This document shows positions 44,022-53,420 of a stretch of 64,000 nucleotides of DNA, piece after piece (position 1 is the stretch's first letter; the number at the start of each line of letters is the position of its first letter). The stretch comes from a virus. The stretch is taken from positions 32,001 through 96,000 of IMG/VR virus record IMGVR_UViG_3300027969_000044; one strand, given 5' to 3'. The notes below the pieces were generated by a model that was not told the DNA's origin, searched no databases, and worked only from the letters and a program-made list of their open reading frames with translations. A program made the position numbers and the translations under genes.

Positions 44022-44309
44022 ATGAGCCGCCCAAAACCAAATGTTTTATTAGAACTAACAAACAAAAAAACTTTTAAAGTTGAACAAGTTTTAGAAGCTG
44101 AGGCCATTTGGGCTGTGTTTCATAAAGGTAAACCTGTCAATCTTAAAACTAATAGTGTTATTGCACAGGATTTAGGTCCTAAGTATAAAAAGGTAAGTTT
44201 TTCAAATGCTGGTCACGCACATAACCTAGCAGAAAAATTAAACAAGATGTTTAACACATCAGATTTTTCGGTATTCAAACTAACAAATGGTGAAGAAATT
44301 AAAGAGTGA
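44022..44309 (+). CDS. Hypothetical protein
   Basis: MSRPKP...; preceded by TAAATA (43987-43992) and a hairpin TATGCGTA/TACGCATA with GGAG in its loop. Confidence 0.7.
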   Translation: MSRPKPNVLLELTNKKTFKVEQVLEAEAIWAVFHKGKPVNLKTNSVIAQDLGPKYKKVSFSNAGHAHNLAEKLNKMFNTSDFSVFKLTNGEEIKE

Positions 44310-44706
44310 TAAGAGACAAATAATTACTCAAGGAATGATTGAGAAGTTAGGTCTTGATCCGAAAAAAATTAAACAGTATCATGCCGCATGGTGGGTCAAC
44401 CCGAGAAGTAAGACAACCGGCGGCTTTCGTTTGACCGAGTTTGGATACAAATCATTTAAGGCGTTAGATATTGAAGAATTCAAAGTTACGTTGGATCAAA
44501 AGATAGAATGGACCAGTAAAATGGTATTACAACTAGACCATTTTGTAGATGTTCCATTTTATTTGGATACTGATGCTATATACGTATTTGATAGTAACAT
44601 GGCTATCCAATTGATACTATTCTCTGGCAATCTTCAAAAATTTGGACAAGCTCGTGCTCGTAGTGTAGCATTAAAACAACAAGAAAAAATAGAAAAAAAC
44701 ACTTGA
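44287..44706 (+). CDS. Hypothetical protein
   Basis: GGFRLTEFG winged-helix-like segment. Confidence 0.65.
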   Translation: MVKKLKSDKRQIITQGMIEKLGLDPKKIKQYHAAWWVNPRSKTTGGFRLTEFGYKSFKALDIEEFKVTLDQKIEWTSKMVLQLDHFVDVPFYLDTDAIYVFDSNMAIQLILFSGNLQKFGQARARSVALKQQEKIEKNT

Positions 44707-44731
44707 CATTTTACCAAGACCGCTGTATAAT
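44703..44731 (+). promoter_or_regulatory. Consensus sigma70 promoter TTGACA-N17-TATAAT
   Basis: Exact consensus hexamers with 17-nt spacing. Confidence 0.9.
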
Positions 44732-44784
44732 AAACACATACAGACGCAAACTGTAGCAAATTTTTAATTTTTGAAAGGTCTAAA

Positions 44785-45867
44785 ATGGCAGAGCAAATTT
44801 CCGCAAATCGTAGCGTTACTCCTAATGAAGCAAAACGTAGCCTACGTAAGTGTTTGAAGATTAAGCGTCCGGTCTTCATCTGGGGTGCCCCAGGTATTGG
44901 CAAATCCGATATTGTTAAACAACTTGGCGATGAATCCAATCGTGAAGTGATTGACGTGCGTTTATCACTTTGGGAACCTACCGACATTAAAGGTATTCCT
45001 TATTACAATTCCGACAAGGGCACAATGACTTGGGCTCCTCCATCAGAGCTCCCTACAGATCCAGAATCTACCGCAATTTTGTTCCTAGACGAACTTAACT
45101 CTGCGGCTCCTGCTACACAGGCCGCGGCCTATCAACTTATTCTAAACCGTCGTGTAGGTACTTACATCCTGCCAAAGGGCGTTAGCATTGTTGCCGCCGG
45201 TAACCGAGATAGCGACAAGGGTGTAACTTATCGTATGCCTGCTCCGTTGGCTAATCGCTTCCTTCACTTGGAATTAAAAACTAGTTTTGATGACTGGCTC
45301 CAGTGGGCTACTAACAATACCGTAAATGAACAGGTTGTTGGTTATTTGGGCTTTGCCAAACAAGACCTTTACGACTTTGACCCACGTAGCGGTAGCCGTT
45401 CTTTTGCTACTCCTCGCTCTTGGTCCTTTGTTAGCGAGTTGTTGGAAGATGACGACTTGGATGAAAACACGCTAACTGATTTGGTTGCTGGTGCTGTTGG
45501 CGAAGGTCTTGCTGTTAAGTTTATGGCACACCGTAAGGTTGCCAAGCAAATGCCAAATCCAATGGATATTCTAAAAGGTACCGTAGACAAGATTACAATT
45601 AAAGAAATCTCTGCTATGTATTCTTTGACTATTAGTATGTGCTACGAACTCCGTGATGCCGCAGAAAAGACTCCTAAAGAGTTTGATAAAATGGCAGATA
45701 ACTTCTTTAAATTCATTATGGATAACTTTCCAACTGAATTGGTTGTTATGGGTGCTAAGATTGCGCTTACACAATACGACTTGCCGTTTGATCCTCACGC
45801 AATGGACAATTTTGACAAGTTCCATAAGGTGTACGGCAAATACATCCATGCCGCTAACGCAAACTAA
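44785..45867 (+). CDS. MoxR-like AAA+ ATPase
   Basis: GAPGIGKS, LFLDELN, AAGN, PLANRF and TPRSW motifs. Confidence 0.9.
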   Translation: MAEQISANRSVTPNEAKRSLRKCLKIKRPVFIWGAPGIGKSDIVKQLGDESNREVIDVRLSLWEPTDIKGIPYYNSDKGTMTWAPPSELPTDPESTAILFLDELNSAAPATQAAAYQLILNRRVGTYILPKGVSIVAAGNRDSDKGVTYRMPAPLANRFLHLELKTSFDDWLQWATNNTVNEQVVGYLGFAKQDLYDFDPRSGSRSFATPRSWSFVSELLEDDDLDENTLTDLVAGAVGEGLAVKFMAHRKVAKQMPNPMDILKGTVDKITIKEISAMYSLTISMCYELRDAAEKTPKEFDKMADNFFKFIMDNFPTELVVMGAKIALTQYDLPFDPHAMDNFDKFHKVYGKYIHAANAN

Positions 45868-45872
45868 AATGG

Positions 45873-45913
45873 TAAAATGGGCTCTTGCCCATTTTATGTT
45901 TTCAGCGTATAAT
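45873..45913 (+). promoter_or_regulatory. Hairpin TAAAATGGGC/GCCCATTTTA overlapping promoter TTGCCC-N17-TATAAT
   Basis: Inverted repeat 45873-45896; -35 at 45885-45890; -10 at 45908-45913. Confidence 0.65.
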
Positions 45914-45939
45914 TATATGTATAGTAACAAGGAGCTCAA

Positions 45940-47205
45940 ATGTCTAGTGTAATGAAAGCAGAAAAGCAAGGCAAAGTTCTTGCTAAAGAATATACAGACG
46001 CAGAAAAAGCAAAGGCCGTTGACACACTGATTACAGCCCGTGTCCGTTTGCTGTTGCGTCATCCCTTTTTTGGTAACATGGCAACCCGCCTGCGCCTAGT
46101 AGACGGCAGTGACTGGTGTAGTACTCTTGCTACAGACGGTCGTACATTTTACTACAATGTTGGCTTTGTCAATAAATGTGATGCTACAGAAATGGAATTT
46201 GGCTTCGCACACGAAGTTCTACACAACGTATTTGATCACATGGGTCGTCGTCAAAGTCGCGATCCCCAGTTGTCTAATATTGCCGCAGACTATGCCGCTA
46301 ATCAAATTCTTGTAGATGAGAAAATTGGAGCAGTGCCTAAGTTTATTAAAATCTTCCAAGATCATAAGTACCGCGGTAAAAGCTACGAAGAAATTTACGA
46401 AGAGTTAGAAGCTAAGGCTATTAAAATTGATTTCTCCAAACTTGGAGAATTGCTAGACGAGCACTTGGACGGTGAAGGAGAAGACGGACAAGACGGACAA
46501 GACGGTGAAGAAATTGACGGTAGCGGTAAAGGCAAAGGACGTCCTAAACTTTCTGAAGAAGAAAAGAAAAAGATTAAAGACGAAATTAAAGAGGCAATGA
46601 TCTCTGCGATGCAGAATACCGAGGCAGGTCGTATGCCCGCAGGTATTGCTCGTTTAGTTAAGGACTTTACTGAGCCTAAAATGGACTGGCGTGAAATGTT
46701 GCGTATGAATATTCAAAGCATTTTCAAAAGCAATTTTAGTTTTAACCGTCCTAATCGTAAGTCACAACATTGCGGAGCAATTTTGCCCGGAATGATGAAC
46801 GATGAAACAATTGATGTAAGTGTCTGTATTGACATGTCAGGTAGTATTTCTGACAAAATGGCTAAAGACTTCTTGTCAGAAGTTAAAGGCATTATGGAAG
46901 AATATGTAGACTTCAAATTAGACTTGTGGTGCTTTGACACAGAAGTATACGAGTACAAGCGTTTTACTGGTGACACAGCCGATGAAATTAACGACTACGA
47001 ATGTAAAGGTGGTGGCGGTACTGATTTTGATGCTAACTATCGCTTTATGAAAGACGAACTAATTGAGCCTAAAAAACTCATTATGTTTACTGATGGATAT
47101 CCTTGCGGTAGTTGGGGTGATGAAGATTACTGCGATACGCTGTTTATTATCCATGGTAACGAAACCATAAAGCCGCCATTCGGCCAAGTAGCATATTATA
47201 AATAA
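45940..47205 (+). CDS. Metallopeptidase-like (HExxH) plus VWA domain protein, MoxR partner
   Basis: ATDG, AHEVLH, DMSGS (MIDAS), GGGTDF and FTDG motifs. Confidence 0.88.
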   Translation: MSSVMKAEKQGKVLAKEYTDAEKAKAVDTLITARVRLLLRHPFFGNMATRLRLVDGSDWCSTLATDGRTFYYNVGFVNKCDATEMEFGFAHEVLHNVFDHMGRRQSRDPQLSNIAADYAANQILVDEKIGAVPKFIKIFQDHKYRGKSYEEIYEELEAKAIKIDFSKLGELLDEHLDGEGEDGQDGQDGEEIDGSGKGKGRPKLSEEEKKKIKDEIKEAMISAMQNTEAGRMPAGIARLVKDFTEPKMDWREMLRMNIQSIFKSNFSFNRPNRKSQHCGAILPGMMNDETIDVSVCIDMSGSISDKMAKDFLSEVKGIMEEYVDFKLDLWCFDTEVYEYKRFTGDTADEINDYECKGGGGTDFDANYRFMKDELIEPKKLIMFTDGYPCGSWGDEDYCDTLFIIHGNETIKPPFGQVAYYK

Positions 47206-47219
47206 AGTACGTATATAAA

Positions 47220-47504
47220 ATGGCGTTAGTTAGAAATAAGGTAAACCCGTTAAATGTGTTAGGTGTAAGAAAGCTAAAACATTTACCGCCCAATTTTGCC
47301 AAGATTACTCTTTCGTTTGAATATATACATAAGATTAAAGATATTGATAGATGGATTTACGCTAACCTAGATAGTAGGTATTGTATCCGAAATATCCAAA
47401 CAGTTGGTAATGACAATAAACTTGTTATGGTAACTGAAGTAGGTATGGAAGACGCAAAAGAGTTAACCTTTCTATCGCTATCTTGTCCATATCTGAACAA
47501 CTAA
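47220..47504 (+). CDS. Hypothetical protein
   Basis: 94 aa; TATAAATA at 47197-47204 upstream. Confidence 0.65.
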   Translation: MALVRNKVNPLNVLGVRKLKHLPPNFAKITLSFEYIHKIKDIDRWIYANLDSRYCIRNIQTVGNDNKLVMVTEVGMEDAKELTFLSLSCPYLNN

Positions 47505-47514
47505 GGAGAAATTG

Positions 47515-47748
47515 ATGTCAGAAGCAGAACAACAAGTAGATCAAACCGCAGAAGAGCAAGCACCCGCTCAACCGGATCTTACTATTACAGATTTACAAAA
47601 TCTAAGAGCAATCATCGACGTAGCATCTACACGTGGCGCATTCAAAGCCGCAGAAATGGCCGCTGTCGGGACTGTCTTTAATAAGTTGGATGCGTTTTTG
47701 AATGCCGTAGCACCAGCACAGCAAGCACAAACACCTCCAGCACAATAA
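47515..47748 (+). CDS. Hypothetical protein
   Basis: SD AAGGAG; LTITDL...IIDVASTRGAFKA.E segment. Confidence 0.7.
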   Translation: MSEAEQQVDQTAEEQAPAQPDLTITDLQNLRAIIDVASTRGAFKAAEMAAVGTVFNKLDAFLNAVAPAQQAQTPPAQ

Positions 47749-47758
47749 GGAGAATGTC

Positions 47759-48385
47759 ATGAAACATATCGGCAAAATGAAAAACAATGGCGCAAAAATT
47801 GCTATTGTTTTCCGCACATTACCAGGCGATGTCCACAGCGCCTTAGTTGTAGCATCAAATGGACTACCTGACATGTACCACGATTCTTTTATGTCAGTAT
47901 TAGAACATTCAAGTGGTCAGTCAGCAAATGAATTAGCGGACATTTTGGCCGTTCGCAAGTTTCCAGATGGTAACAATATTCTTGAATGGCTCCACGGTGG
48001 CGGCCACTTAAAGAAAGTTTCTACTAAGGCAGTTGTAATGACTCCTGATAGTAAAACTATGGTACCACTTGACGAGTTGAATAGAATTATTGCTGAGCAA
48101 AAAGGTTTGTCTAGCGTAGAAGATCTAAATCCTGCTCCAGTCGGAGAAGCAATAGCATCTCAGAAAGAACAAGCCGCTGGCGCTTATTCTGGAAAAGAAG
48201 TTAAGGAACCCGAAGTTACAGAAGAGTCTAAGTCAAACGCAAGCGCCGCTGGTTTTGAACTAACTCCATCTGAAATGAGATCACGTGCTGATGCGTTGTT
48301 TAAAGAAGCACAACGTTTACGTAAAGAAGCCGATGCTGTTGATCCACCAAAGAAGAAAGCAAAAGCTGAAGAAGCTGAAGCATAA
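47759..48385 (+). CDS. Hypothetical protein
   Basis: SD AAGGAG; 208 aa. Confidence 0.75.
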   Translation: MKHIGKMKNNGAKIAIVFRTLPGDVHSALVVASNGLPDMYHDSFMSVLEHSSGQSANELADILAVRKFPDGNNILEWLHGGGHLKKVSTKAVVMTPDSKTMVPLDELNRIIAEQKGLSSVEDLNPAPVGEAIASQKEQAAGAYSGKEVKEPEVTEESKSNASAAGFELTPSEMRSRADALFKEAQRLRKEADAVDPPKKKAKAEEAEA

Positions 48386-48413
48386 AAAAAGCACCCCTGG
48401 GGTGCTTTTTTTT
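48384..48413. terminator. Bidirectional intrinsic terminator at the strand switch
   Basis: A7-GCACCC-CTG-GGGTGC-T8. Confidence 0.9.
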
Positions 48414-48416
48414 GAC

Positions 48417-49775
48417 TTAGTTTAAGTCTACCCAAGCAGTACCATTGTACCCTTGGAATTTAGTTCCGGTTAATATTAATGTTCCAGACGCAGGGGTGCC
48501 TACGTATGCGGCATCACGTAATGTGGTATTAGCATATACAGGAACTGCTAATCCTGTTAAAGAAACACTATCAGCAACAACGTTGGTAGCATATATAGTA
48601 TCAAATTTCTGAGTAGGTGTTCCGATTGTAGGATTTAATAGTCCGTTTGATTGATCCGGCAATAATGTTCTAACTGTAGCTGTAGTAACTGACGCAGAAT
48701 ATGAAGTGATATTACGAACATAAGCATTATTAAAACGGTACGGGTCGTTTCCTGGAGTGCCTGTTTTTCCTAAATTTGTTAGGTAATTAATGTTAGCAGA
48801 TCTAGTAGAAGGAAGAACATTAACTTCTCCGGCGGCGTCGCCAACTTGAAAGTTAACTACATCAATTAAGCCGCCGCCTGAACCTACGTTAACACGTACT
48901 GCTAACTTACCACCTGGAATCAAATTAGCAAGAGATGTACTATTATCGTCTTCTGATTTTAATCGAGTTGTATAAGATCCGCTTGAAGCTTGAATATCAA
49001 GCCCTTCTTTATTGTCAATGTATAATTTACTAGATAAGCGTGGTGTCGATTTAAAGACAAACTGATCTGAAGAATAACTGTTAAACAACTTAGAGTTAGC
49101 AGATGTTCCCCATAATGAAATTGTCGGAACACCTGTTGCGCTACTATCTTCAGTTGGACTTATACCTGTATCTTTATTAGAACCTGCTAGTGTAATACCC
49201 TTTTTAACATAGAAAAACTCTGCCTTAACTGATTCAGTTGACGCTACAGTAAATGCCTCTGGACTTGTAATGGCTACTGTATATTTTGTGCCGTTTGTTT
49301 TTTGTATGTTATGCTGTAATACTCTGTGTAAAGCACCATTAATGTCATATAAACTAGCAACTTCCATTAAGTTATTAGCATTTTCTCCGCTAATTTGCGG
49401 GCCAATAACTATGTAATTTGTACCATCAAAGTATTTTAACTTGGAAACAGATTCGTCATACCATAAATCTGTTTTAACAGAACTAGTAGGCTGAGTAATT
49501 CCGCTTTCGATATTAGCAAGAGGCTTGTAAGTAGAACCAATATAAACTTTTAACTTTCCATTAGTACTATCATACCATAGTTGTCCTGTTAAACTTTTAG
49601 TTGGTTGTAATTTACCGGAAAAGTTTTCAAGCAATTTAACAAGGTCTTGATTTACGATTGCTCCGTATCCGGAATAGTTTTTTCCAACAAATACAAGATC
49701 CGTAGTAGAGTCGAGTGACCCGTCTTCTACTGTGGTCAACTTGTTGCCGTTTGTTTTGTATAATGTATAACTCAT
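48417..49775 (-). CDS. Baseplate/tail fibre protein (paralogue family)
   Basis: Shared N-terminal domain DG..D..T.L...GKN...YG...N.....LLENF...GQLWYD. Confidence 0.75.
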   Translation of the reverse strand: MSYTLYKTNGNKLTTVEDGSLDSTTDLVFVGKNYSGYGAIVNQDLVKLLENFSGKLQPTKSLTGQLWYDSTNGKLKVYIGSTYKPLANIESGITQPTSSVKTDLWYDESVSKLKYFDGTNYIVIGPQISGENANNLMEVASLYDINGALHRVLQHNIQKTNGTKYTVAITSPEAFTVASTESVKAEFFYVKKGITLAGSNKDTGISPTEDSSATGVPTISLWGTSANSKLFNSYSSDQFVFKSTPRLSSKLYIDNKEGLDIQASSGSYTTRLKSEDDNSTSLANLIPGGKLAVRVNVGSGGGLIDVVNFQVGDAAGEVNVLPSTRSANINYLTNLGKTGTPGNDPYRFNNAYVRNITSYSASVTTATVRTLLPDQSNGLLNPTIGTPTQKFDTIYATNVVADSVSLTGLAVPVYANTTLRDAAYVGTPASGTLILTGTKFQGYNGTAWVDLN

Positions 49776-49797
49776 ATTTGTCTCTGCTCTTTATTTA

Positions 49798-51261
49798 TTA
49801 ACCGTAATTTCCACTAGTAAAAGACTCCGGAATAGGAGCACCGCCACTAACAAGTTTCCAAACTCCGTTAGCTTTAGTCCAAGAATTCCGTATTTCTTTC
49901 CACTGTGTTCCTACTTTTATATAGTTGCTTGTAATTTGTTTCCAGCTTCCGCCGACTTTAACTTTACCAGAACCTAATTCTGAAAATGTAACGGAGCAGT
50001 ATCCATTAGAACCGTTGAACGGGCCACCTCCCCATCTACCAATTTTACTAAAAGAATATAAGGGATTTATATAATTTGATCCACCATATGCGCCACTACT
50101 TGGAGCATCATCGTAATATATAAATCCTCCGGCAGCACCTCCTACATAACCACCTCCACCTCCGGGAGTACCGCCAATGTCATATCCATTAGACCCGTCT
50201 TGGCCAGCACCATACGTATAGATATCCGGATTTGATCCGGAGCCTGCCTCGCCGGCATCATATCCTGCTCCGCCGGCAGCACCGTGGCCACCTTCTGCGC
50301 CGCCACCGCCGCCGCCTCCGGCAATTACAACAAGGGTGCCGTTTAAAAAAACTGCACTACCACCGCCGCCGCCGCCGGCGCCCGGATATATGTAATTACC
50401 GTCAGGGTATGTATTACCTCCATTGCCACCTCTCAACCAGTATGTATTAGCAGGAGGTTGTGGCTGAAGCCGTGTATGCCAAATAACTGTACCAACTGCT
50501 GCCGCGGCTTTTAATTGGGGAGTTAATCCTGTATCTGGGTCAACTTCAAAATAACCATAATAATAACCCCAGTCGAAGCCGCCACCGTAGTCCACAACCG
50601 GGTCAGTTCCTCGAGCAATCTCAACAGCAAACCCTGCTGGGCCTCCCCAATTAGATACTGCCATTGTAATAAGATGATTTCCCTGTGTAAGGGACATGTC
50701 CGCATATGTACCGTAGACACTTTGAAAGTCACTTGTATTGATAATATTACTACCATCAACATACAAATTCATCCAGTTATCGCATTCTGCTCGAATACGA
50801 TATGTTCCGGTTTCAGGAACATAAAATGTTCTAGTAACTGTAGATGTTGCGTTAACAGGATTTACTCCGTCCGGGTTTACCCAAACAGCATAATCATTCA
50901 TAAACTGAGACCATGCCCAACTTAAGGTAACTGGCCAAACTTGTCCTGAACCTATGCCGGATGTAAAATCACCGATCTTCGGTCCTCTACCTCCAGGGCC
51001 GCCGTAAAAATTATACCCACCTCGTTGGCCACCTTCACCTAGATATACTTCTAATGTGTCTCCGGCTTTTACAGGAATACTACCTTTAAGGATAGCACCA
51101 TATCCTCCACCGCCGCCCCCTGCGTAATAGGCCTGGCCACCTTGGCCACCGCCAGCACCTGCTAATTCAATATCAACGGTAGGGGTATATCCATTAGGTA
51201 TTGTCAAGGTATAGTACCCTGCCGACCAACCTAGAGTTTTAACAACTTGGCGTGTTGACAT
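49798..51261 (-). CDS. Glycine-rich putative receptor-binding/adhesin protein with PA14-like insert
   Basis: Poly-Gly motifs; F...ETGTYRIRAECDN...LYVDG...L.QG.H.I PA14-like pattern; C-terminal KV...WK repeats. Confidence 0.65.
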   Translation of the reverse strand: MSTRQVVKTLGWSAGYYTLTIPNGYTPTVDIELAGAGGGQGGQAYYAGGGGGGYGAILKGSIPVKAGDTLEVYLGEGGQRGGYNFYGGPGGRGPKIGDFTSGIGSGQVWPVTLSWAWSQFMNDYAVWVNPDGVNPVNATSTVTRTFYVPETGTYRIRAECDNWMNLYVDGSNIINTSDFQSVYGTYADMSLTQGNHLITMAVSNWGGPAGFAVEIARGTDPVVDYGGGFDWGYYYGYFEVDPDTGLTPQLKAAAAVGTVIWHTRLQPQPPANTYWLRGGNGGNTYPDGNYIYPGAGGGGGGSAVFLNGTLVVIAGGGGGGGAEGGHGAAGGAGYDAGEAGSGSNPDIYTYGAGQDGSNGYDIGGTPGGGGGYVGGAAGGFIYYDDAPSSGAYGGSNYINPLYSFSKIGRWGGGPFNGSNGYCSVTFSELGSGKVKVGGSWKQITSNYIKVGTQWKEIRNSWTKANGVWKLVSGGAPIPESFTSGNYG

Positions 51262-53394
51262 TTATGCTTCCCTCTGGAACCAGAAATCGCCGTCAACTCC
51301 TTGATCGTTTGTCGGAGCACTTGTACTAATAAATTTATTAGAACCATTCCATAAAACAGAATTATCTGCTACTCCGTGTAATGCGTTACATCCAATATCA
51401 CCATTAACATCCAAGGCGTACCTAGGAGATTGTGTTTTAACACCGACACCCCCTACAGCATTTAGATATAGACTATCTTGTATTGCGCCACTCGGATCAT
51501 TAGCAACTCCAATTTCTAATACAGTTTTTTCTCCAGATACAGCATAATAGCTCATCCATGCTGTATCTCCGCTGCCGCCGCCGGGATCATTAGGGAATCT
51601 AATACCATTGCTTGCGCCAGCAGATGGATAGAATTTTACTGCCGATGCTGAAGTAGCGGAAACATCAGTAGTAGATACCGTTGTAGCATATACGTCGCCT
51701 GTTAAAGTACCAGTTACATTACCTGTTACTCTTCCAGTAAACACAGCGTCTGTGCCGGCGCCGTTATCAAGAATTCTAGTACCATTAGACGCAATTATGT
51801 CGCCTGTTAAGTTACCCACTACGTTACCAACAACAGGTCCTGTATGTGTTCCGGCTGTGTTGCCTACAAGATTACCTGTTACGTTACCTGTTACAGCACC
51901 TACAACAGGTCCTGTATGTGTACCGACTGTATTACCTGTTACATTCCCCGAAATATTACCTGTAATATTACCTACAACAGGTCCTGTATGTGTACCGGCT
52001 GTGTTGCCTACAAGATTACCTGTTACGTTACCCACTACAGGTCCTGTATGTGTACCAGATGTATTACCTGTAATGTTACCGGTAACATCTCCAGTAACTG
52101 CTCCCCTTAGAGGACCTAAAAATTCTGTTGCTTTAATCTGTCCTGTACCTGTACGTTTAGCAATAGTATTAATTGTGGCATTTTCATCTGGTAAGAAAGT
52201 ATTTCCGTTCCCGTCAATTAATGCTGTAGCTTGCCATGTACTTCCACTACCTAATAGCCATTGTCCTTGAATTGTTCCTACAGCAGGTACGCTTCCAGAT
52301 GTTAAAAAAATTGTACTAAGATATCGTGAAGTTAATTTACTGTTTGTAGTTAATCTCCAATCACCCTCTAGTGTTCCTATATTAGTTTCGTTACCTGATG
52401 ATACTTGATATGTAAAAAAGTTTTTCCACCTTGAAGCAGTTGACCCTAAGATAACATTGTTATCGTTAAATGGTCTTACTTTACTATTTGTACCAACAAC
52501 AATATCGCCTAAGAATTCTAATTCTTTTAAGGCAGATCCTGATGTAACAGCATTAGTGTATACAGCATCAAACGGTTGTAAATTACTACCAACTGTAGTA
52601 TTAACACTATACGGAACTAGACTAGTTCCGTTTACAATAACATTGTTGACTCCAGAATTTAAAACTAAGTTGCCATTTGAATCAGATGCAACAGAGCTGT
52701 TAGATCCTAGTTTAATACCGCTTGAAAAATTCCATTGAGTATTAATTGTTTCAGCATTAGTACGACTAGGAATATCAAGTCCTCTAATTGACGCACCGTC
52801 TTTTAAAGTTAATCCCCTAACTAAGCTAGTAAATCCTGAAGCAAATTCTGCCTCATTACCACCTATAGAAAATGCATCTTTTGAATATATGCCCAGTACA
52901 TCGTTGTCAACTGAGATGTTGATTACAGCATGAGCAGTATCATTAATGTCTTTAATACTTTTAGAAACTAATTTAGTAACACCAAATCCGGTTGTAACTT
53001 CTGGGCCAACTAAAATAAATTCCTCAGCAGTTGCTGAAGTTTTAACCCATATTTGTTTATTAGCAGAATCAAACCAAAAATCACCTAACTTTAAATTAGT
53101 AGGCTGTGTTGCTGATGTTTGAGAAACTGCTAACCCTCTCCATATGGTCCCGTCATAAACTTTTAAACTATTTGCGCTTTTATCAAACCAAGTTTGCCCG
53201 ATCATTTTATGTTCTGGGGCAGTAGTACTGGCAAAATTTTCTAGTAGATAAAGAAAGTTTTCATTTTGCCTAGTTCCATAACTTGTAACATTCTTACCAA
53301 TAAGAAACAGACTAGTTGATACCTGATCGTCTACTGATCCATCGGCAATAGTTACTAGACTTGTTCCATCATAGGTCTTTAAACTGTATGGCAT
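51262..53394 (-). CDS. Tail fibre protein (paralogue family) with GNxTG repeats
   Basis: Shared N-terminal domain; GNTxGTHTGPVVGxxTG repeats; ends GDFWFQ. Confidence 0.8.
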   Translation of the reverse strand: MPYSLKTYDGTSLVTIADGSVDDQVSTSLFLIGKNVTSYGTRQNENFLYLLENFASTTAPEHKMIGQTWFDKSANSLKVYDGTIWRGLAVSQTSATQPTNLKLGDFWFDSANKQIWVKTSATAEEFILVGPEVTTGFGVTKLVSKSIKDINDTAHAVINISVDNDVLGIYSKDAFSIGGNEAEFASGFTSLVRGLTLKDGASIRGLDIPSRTNAETINTQWNFSSGIKLGSNSSVASDSNGNLVLNSGVNNVIVNGTSLVPYSVNTTVGSNLQPFDAVYTNAVTSGSALKELEFLGDIVVGTNSKVRPFNDNNVILGSTASRWKNFFTYQVSSGNETNIGTLEGDWRLTTNSKLTSRYLSTIFLTSGSVPAVGTIQGQWLLGSGSTWQATALIDGNGNTFLPDENATINTIAKRTGTGQIKATEFLGPLRGAVTGDVTGNITGNTSGTHTGPVVGNVTGNLVGNTAGTHTGPVVGNITGNISGNVTGNTVGTHTGPVVGAVTGNVTGNLVGNTAGTHTGPVVGNVVGNLTGDIIASNGTRILDNGAGTDAVFTGRVTGNVTGTLTGDVYATTVSTTDVSATSASAVKFYPSAGASNGIRFPNDPGGGSGDTAWMSYYAVSGEKTVLEIGVANDPSGAIQDSLYLNAVGGVGVKTQSPRYALDVNGDIGCNALHGVADNSVLWNGSNKFISTSAPTNDQGVDGDFWFQREA
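51805..52100 (-). repeat. Coding tandem repeat with ~60-bp unit
   Basis: 'caggtcctgtatgtgt' recurs at ~51833, ~51906, ~51977 and ~52037 (spacings of roughly 60-72 bp). Confidence 0.85.
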
Positions 53395-53420
53395 AATTAA
53401 TTCTTTCCTTTATATTAAGT

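Noticed and set aside
51805-52100. Regularly spaced repeats resembling a CRISPR array
   Set aside because: They are in-frame coding repeats (GNTxGTHTGPVV) of a fibre gene, the intervening sequence is also repetitive, and no cas genes are present.
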